Source of the DNA: Planctomycetota bacterium
GTDB lineage: Bacteria > Planctomycetota > UBA1135 > UBA2386
Direction of reading: 5' to 3'
Assembly (NCBI GenBank): GCA_965228735.1
Contig: OZ245838.1
Coordinates: forward strand, 1-64,000
DNA length: 64,000 nt
Shown piece after piece: positions 58,779-64,000 of the stretch (positions are counted from its first letter, which is position 1; each line of letters opens with the position of its first letter). The translations under genes and the position numbers were made by a program. The notes under the pieces are model-generated. The model was not told the origin of the DNA, searched no databases, and saw only the letters and a list, made by a program, of their open reading frames with translations.

Positions 58779-61019
58779 TCAGTTGGTGACCGTGCCGCGC
58801 AGCCGGTTGGAGAACGACACCTCCGCCGTGGTGGGGATGAGCCCGCACGGGTTGGAGCCGCTCACGAACGAAGCCCATTGGGTGTAGATCTCGAGGTTCT
58901 GGAACGACGGATCGCACGGGATCGCGAGCGGGTAGGACGCGGTGCCGCCCCCGCTGGCCACCGTGAACAGGTAGCTGTTCTGGCTGTTGAACGTGCAGGG
59001 GCCGCATGTCTGGGTGGCATCGGCGAACTGGATGCTCGCGAACACGAGCGTGGAGCTTGCCCCGGACAGCACGAGAAACAGCCGGGAGTTGCCGAGCGCG
59101 ACCTGACTGCTGAACGAGTTGGTGCCGCCGTTGCCGCACGCTCCGCCGAGGTCCGTCACGGGGCCGCCTCGGAACGCCGAATAGCGTTGCACGAGGACCG
59201 CGCCGTCGAACAACGGTCCCGTCGCCGCGAAGTCCGCCCAGGTGATCAGCGCGTCGTCAGCGAAGTTCGGGCCGCCCGTGGAGCCACCGTGGTAGCGCGC
59301 ACCGATCTCGGGCCGGCGATCGAACAGACTCCCGAGCCCGCTCGACGTCTCGCGGACGCCGCACGCCTGACAGTTGGTCGGGTCGATCTCGATCGTCGCG
59401 ATGTCCGATGCGACGACCCAGGCAACGACGTACTTGAGACCGAGGAACCCGACCGCTGGCTCGACCTCATCGAAGTTGGGGGCGTTTCCGACCGGCACCT
59501 CACCGACCGTGTTGACGAGTGTCGACCCGTTCCAGCGGACTCCGCGACAGTAGATGTCGTGCACGTTGGTGCCGGAACTTTCCTCGCGCTCGTAGACGAC
59601 CACGAAGTCGGTGCCGTCGCCGTCGATGTCGGGCTCGGACTCGTTCCGGCTCGTGGTGATCGCGATGTTGTGAAGCGGGTCGAGGAGGTTGAGGTTGTGA
59701 TCGACGAGGGCGACGACCACGTTGCGGTCGCCGAAGGCCTCGAGATCCCAGGCGATCGCGTACCGACGGTCGTCGCCGCCGCTCTTGGTGATGGCCGGGT
59801 TGCGCGCGAGACTCTGGCCGCCGTAGACCGCGACCGGCACGCCGGCCGTGCTGTTCTGCGTGTTCACCACGACGGCCCCGATCCCGCCGCCGGTATCGGC
59901 GAACGTGACGATGGCGTTGCTCCCCGCGGTCGTGCGTTCGCCGCCTGCATCGGGCGTCATCTCGCTGTCGCCGCCGGTCGGCGTGACATCGAAGATCGGT
60001 CCGCGGTTGCCGGAGCCGGCTTCGACGAACCGTCCCCGGATGTTCCAGGGGCCGAACGGCGTGCCGCCGTCCTGGTAGGCGACGAAGAAGCGGTCGTTGA
60101 GGTTGACGTTCGCGACAGTCGGGTTGATCTCGTTCCCCGACTCGAAGCTGACGTTGATCAGGTTCCCGATCGCGCTGCCCGCGAGGTCGTAACGTTGACC
60201 GCGAACGTCGATGTCGAGGGCGGAGAACCGCTCCTCCCACACGGCCAGGAACACGCCGACCGACTCGTCCCAGGCAACGTCTGGATCGGCGGCGGCAGTG
60301 GATGCAGCCACGATGTGGGGGCCGACGAGCGGGTCGAGCACGAGCGGATACGCTGCGGTCTCGATGAAGTGCTCCGGCAGGACGAAGCGCAGGAGGTCGG
60401 CTTCGAGCGAGAGGTGACCGTCGACGCTACGCCCGGTCGCGTCGATGCCCGTGACCGCGCCGACACGGATGCCGCCGAGCCCTTCGGCGGTGAAGACGAG
60501 GCCGTCATCGATCGCGGTGGGGTCGAGCGCGAGTTCTGTCGTGAGACGGCACTCGACAACGAGGTCGCCCTCGCCCGGTGGTCGGTTCGCGAACACGAAC
60601 TCCTGCTTGAGTCCGCCGACGCCTGCGGTCCAGGTTTCGAGGATGCTCGCGCTCCGCGAGTAACTGGCGACGTGGCCGTCCAGGGTCGGGCGTCCGGCGG
60701 TTTCGAGGTTCGAGAGCATGCCGGTGCCGCGCCGGATGGTCTGCAGCCCGACGTGGAACAGGTAGTTCCGCGTCGCGTGCGGCCCGAGTGCGGGAGTGCA
60801 CGCCACGCCGGAGTGGTCGAGCTCGGCCTTGTAGCGTGGACCGGATGCGCGCAGGCCACCGGCCGTGCGCTCCATCACGAAGCCGGTGTTGATTGCCGCT
60901 GCCGCGAGAGCGGTGCTGGCAACATGCGCCGCGGGCGCTGGTGCCTGCTGCGCGGTGACGCGGCCGCACGTCAATGCGAGACCGCCGGCGAGAACGAGAC
61001 TGAGTTGGTAGGTGTTCAT
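58779..61019 (-). CDS. Large secreted hypothetical protein, tandem paralog (beta-rich repeats plus shared C-terminal domain)
   Basis: Signal peptide ending VTA-Q; GLKQEFVF, YPLVLDPLVG and EPDIDGDG motifs. Confidence 0.85.
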   Translation of the reverse strand: MNTYQLSLVLAGGLALTCGRVTAQQAPAPAAHVASTALAAAAINTGFVMERTAGGLRASGPRYKAELDHSGVACTPALGPHATRNYLFHVGLQTIRRGTGMLSNLETAGRPTLDGHVASYSRSASILETWTAGVGGLKQEFVFANRPPGEGDLVVECRLTTELALDPTAIDDGLVFTAEGLGGIRVGAVTGIDATGRSVDGHLSLEADLLRFVLPEHFIETAAYPLVLDPLVGPHIVAASTAAADPDVAWDESVGVFLAVWEERFSALDIDVRGQRYDLAGSAIGNLINVSFESGNEINPTVANVNLNDRFFVAYQDGGTPFGPWNIRGRFVEAGSGNRGPIFDVTPTGGDSEMTPDAGGERTTAGSNAIVTFADTGGGIGAVVVNTQNSTAGVPVAVYGGQSLARNPAITKSGGDDRRYAIAWDLEAFGDRNVVVALVDHNLNLLDPLHNIAITTSRNESEPDIDGDGTDFVVVYEREESSGTNVHDIYCRGVRWNGSTLVNTVGEVPVGNAPNFDEVEPAVGFLGLKYVVAWVVASDIATIEIDPTNCQACGVRETSSGLGSLFDRRPEIGARYHGGSTGGPNFADDALITWADFAATGPLFDGAVLVQRYSAFRGGPVTDLGGACGNGGTNSFSSQVALGNSRLFLVLSGASSTLVFASIQFADATQTCGPCTFNSQNSYLFTVASGGGTASYPLAIPCDPSFQNLEIYTQWASFVSGSNPCGLIPTTAEVSFSNRLRGTVTN

Positions 61020-61030
61020 CGGAGGCTGCC

Positions 61031-63310
61031 TCACTGGATGGTCGAGCGGTAGGCGTCGGAGAGATCGGTGCTGAGCAGCGAGCAGCCTGGGGACAGCGTG
61101 TCCTGGGCGAGCCACTGGTAGAGGAACGACACACCCGACAGCGCGTTCGTCGCCGGGATGGGGACGGCGAAGTCGACGCTGCCGTTGCTGTCGGCGGTGC
61201 CCTGCAGCACGAAGCCGTTGAACGGATCGGGGACCAACGTGCAGGACCCGCATCCGAGGTCGAGTCGGTCGGGGCTGATGACGAGCCAGGTCAGTCGGGC
61301 CGGGAACGTGTTGCGGTAGCGGATCGCGAAGTTCGCGTTGCCGACCATCGCGGCTTCGGCGTAGGACACGCCGGCCGTGCCGCAGCCGCCACCGAGGTTG
61401 GTGCGCACGCCGTCGTCGGCGCGGAACCGAATGCCGCGGATGTCACCGGTGTTGCTGGTGGGGTTGCGCTCGCGCCAGACGATGAGCGCGGCATCGACCG
61501 AGCTGCCGCCACTGTGACGGCTCACGGCTGCGGCGGGGCCCTGGTCGCCGTTGAGTGCGTTCAACGGCAGCGCGAGCCGCGGCGCGACAGCCTCGCCCGT
61601 GAACAGGTCGACCGGCTGGGCGAACGCGTCGAACACTCCCGCGGTCCCGGTCTCCGATCGATACATCACGAGCGCGGAGTCGCCGACCCACGCGACGCTC
61701 GCGGTCTTCTCCTCGGCGTTGGTGTTCGAGACGACCACGACGGGATCCTGCCGGAAGCCGCGGCTGCCGCTCGGGAACAGCGAGTTGAACCCGATCGACG
61801 CCGCCCGGATGTCGTTGTTGCCGGATACTGGTGAGAGCTCCCACTCCCACGCGACGAGCCAGTTGCGGCCGTCGCCGTCGACGTCGGGTTCCTGGTTGTC
61901 GCCGGTCAGGCCGACGCCGAGCACCTGCGACACGGGGATGAGGTCGCGGCTGAAGACGCGGGCGTAGACTTGGCGCAGTCCGGTCGCGTCGACGAACCGG
62001 GTCCAGGCGATGCAATGCACGCCGCCCGCGCCGCCGCTCTTGCTGATCGCCGGCGACGTGACGACGGTGCTGGCCGGCGGTGTGCTGACCGTCACGATCG
62101 TGCCGAGATTGAACGTGGGGGGTGAGGTCGAGCCGTTGGCCGTGACCTGGCGCGCGCGGATGCGATTCGCGGTGACGTCCCGCCAGACGACGAGCGCTTC
62201 GTTGTCGGCCGTCGCTTCGCCGCCGACGTCCGCCCGTTCTTCGTTCGCAGCCGTGGTGACGAGCCCGGTCTCGACGCTGAGGAGGAACGTCGATACCCGC
62301 ATGATGCGGCCGTAGATGTTGCCGCCGCGGTCCCAGACAATGACGAACGCGTCCTCCGTCTCGACGGTCGCGCAGCTCGGGCGGAAGTTGTTGCCCGACG
62401 ATTGGATCCCGATGAGGCCGGAGACCGCGGCGCCGTTCGTATCGTACACCATGCCGCGGATCGACGCGGACGACGCGGAGAAGATGCGGCGCCACACCAC
62501 GAGATACCGGTTCGTCGAGTCGCTGTATGTGACGTCCGCGTCGTGGTCGTTGAAGTTGGAGCCACCGACCGCGACGCTCGTGCCGACGAACGGATCCAGC
62601 ACGAGCGGCAGCTCGGCGGTGTCGACGAACTTCGCCGGCAGCCGCAGCTCGAGCTCACCGCTCTCGTAGTGCAGCGAGCCGGCCGTGCGGCGACCGCCGG
62701 CGTCGATGCCGACTACTCCGCCGATGCGCACACCGCCGGCGTCGCCGTGGCCGAACTCGATCCCACCGTCGGGCGTGGTGCCTGTGAAGCCGAGCTCGGT
62801 GTCGACGCGCAGTCGCACGACGAGATCCCCGGTCCCGCGCGGGAGTCGGTCGAACACGAAGCTCTGTTTGACGCCGTCCCGCCGGGCTTGGTAGGTCTCG
62901 ACGAACTCGGGGTGGCTGCAACGCACCGCATGTGGCGCGTTGCTCTCGGCGACTGTTGCGGGGCCGGGGACCATTGCCGCCATGCCGCGCCCGAACCCGA
63001 CGACCGTCATGGTCACCGGCATGTCGTGCGGCGCGAGTGGCAGCGCGGGCAGATACACGAACCGGTCCACGAGGAACTCGGCGTGGTAGTGCGGGCCGTT
63101 CGCCGTCCAGTTGCCGTCGACGAATTGCGTGCCGAACGCGCCGGCGACCGAGCCGTGCACCGATCGTGCGTCGAGGGTTCCGAGGGATTCTCGTGATGCG
63201 GAGGAGTCGGTACTGAGGAACGGAACGAGTGGGTCGAGCTGCGCCGACGCGGTCGGGCTCAGCGCTGCGCCCAAGCCGAGCATCGCGGCGGCTTTGAGGA
63301 GGTGTCGCAT
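61031..63310 (-). CDS. Large secreted hypothetical protein, paralog of 58779-61019
   Basis: Signal peptide ending ASA-Q; GVKQSFVF, LPLVLDPFVG and EPDVDGDG motifs. Confidence 0.85.
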   Translation of the reverse strand: MRHLLKAAAMLGLGAALSPTASAQLDPLVPFLSTDSSASRESLGTLDARSVHGSVAGAFGTQFVDGNWTANGPHYHAEFLVDRFVYLPALPLAPHDMPVTMTVVGFGRGMAAMVPGPATVAESNAPHAVRCSHPEFVETYQARRDGVKQSFVFDRLPRGTGDLVVRLRVDTELGFTGTTPDGGIEFGHGDAGGVRIGGVVGIDAGGRRTAGSLHYESGELELRLPAKFVDTAELPLVLDPFVGTSVAVGGSNFNDHDADVTYSDSTNRYLVVWRRIFSASSASIRGMVYDTNGAAVSGLIGIQSSGNNFRPSCATVETEDAFVIVWDRGGNIYGRIMRVSTFLLSVETGLVTTAANEERADVGGEATADNEALVVWRDVTANRIRARQVTANGSTSPPTFNLGTIVTVSTPPASTVVTSPAISKSGGAGGVHCIAWTRFVDATGLRQVYARVFSRDLIPVSQVLGVGLTGDNQEPDVDGDGRNWLVAWEWELSPVSGNNDIRAASIGFNSLFPSGSRGFRQDPVVVVSNTNAEEKTASVAWVGDSALVMYRSETGTAGVFDAFAQPVDLFTGEAVAPRLALPLNALNGDQGPAAAVSRHSGGSSVDAALIVWRERNPTSNTGDIRGIRFRADDGVRTNLGGGCGTAGVSYAEAAMVGNANFAIRYRNTFPARLTWLVISPDRLDLGCGSCTLVPDPFNGFVLQGTADSNGSVDFAVPIPATNALSGVSFLYQWLAQDTLSPGCSLLSTDLSDAYRSTIQ

Positions 63311-63493
63311 GGTTTGGGTCGATCGGGTTCGCGAGCTCGACCGTCGGCGTCGAAGCACGTCGACCGCGTTGCTCACAACCGGCGCAGTGCCTCGTGAGCG
63401 CGGGGCGAACAGGGATTCTCGATTCCCTCTTCATCATCTCCTGGTCTGCAACCTGTCGGCCCTTCAAGCGCCTCGCTACGCTGTCGGGTTCAA

Positions 63494-64000
63494 ATGCGAA
63501 ACACCACCTCGATCCTGTGGGTCGCCGCCTTGGCCGCCCCTCTAGCTGCCCAGGGCAGCAACTACACCGGTCCCGCGAACCTCGTCTTCGCGATGGACAA
63601 CACGGTGGAGATCAACTCGATCAACACCACGAACCAGGCGCACATCGTCGGCGACGAAGCGATCTTCACGTACGCGCCGCAGGGACCGCGGGCCTTCGCG
63701 CTGCCCTACTGCGACTACGGCACGTGGAACGCGTTCCTCGGGGACGAGGACGGCGACGGCGACTTCGACGAGAGCATCATCACGTCGATCGACGCGGTGC
63801 ACGTGCCGCCCGGGGCGCCGTGCCCGCCGAGCATGTTCGACGTCTGGATCTCGATCCAGACGCCGACCGACGGCGCTGGCTACATCGGCGCGCCGATCTC
63901 GGACGGCGACATCTTCCGGTTCACGCCGACGGGCATCGAGACGTTCATCAGCCAGGCCCAGATCATCGACGCCGCGGCGAGCACGAGCACGAACGTCGAT
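63494..64000 (+). CDS. Secreted hypothetical protein, truncated by window end
   Basis: ATG 63494 MRNTTSILWVAALAAPLAA-QGSNY..., open to the end of the window with strong codon bias; absent from the ORF track. Confidence 0.8.
   Translation, partial: MRNTTSILWVAALAAPLAAQGSNYTGPANLVFAMDNTVEINSINTTNQAHIVGDEAIFTYAPQGPRAFALPYCDYGTWNAFLGDEDGDGDFDESIITSIDAVHVPPGAPCPPSMFDVWISIQTPTDGAGYIGAPISDGDIFRFTPTGIETFISQAQIIDAAASTSTNVD

Noticed and set aside
2668..63467. Many long Arg/Ala-rich antisense or alternate-frame ORFs (e.g. 7551-9611, 16149-18515, 28852-31698)
   Set aside because: Shadow ORFs expected from high GC3 codon bias. They overlap well-supported genes and have no motifs.

Overview
High-GC (roughly 70% by eye) bacterial chromosomal window. 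Gene content (ECF sigma/Ser-Thr kinase pair, ECF fused to periplasmic repeats, sulfatase, PQQ/Kelch propellers, many large secreted hypotheticals) suggests Planctomycetota; this is an inference. Recognisable content: an IS256 element with both terminal inverted repeats visible, tRNA-Asn(GTT), tRNA-Arg(ACG) followed by a small accessory islet with vapBC, pckA, a SAM-I riboswitch ahead of a hom-metX-metB operon, an SSS symporter, pcrA/uvrD, crcB, an arsM-like methyltransferase and an SRPBCC/ArsR-GNAT operon. The main signal missed by the ORF track is two secreted proteins that each read through two in-frame TGA codons, each site followed by a bacterial-SECIS-like hairpin, although TGA is otherwise a normal stop here. 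One is a tandem HMA-like protein (1926-2510, minus) with TGA at the metal-binding Cys position of both domains. The other is a thioredoxin-like protein (47757-48785, plus) with tandem TGA-TGA right after its signal peptide (Q-U-U-G-G). Both are candidate new selenoproteins. Also, about 8 secreted proteins share an uncharacterised C-terminal domain (apparently circularly permuted in one pair), and about 20 signal peptides are followed by Gln, hinting at an undescribed surface-protein sorting/maturation system.
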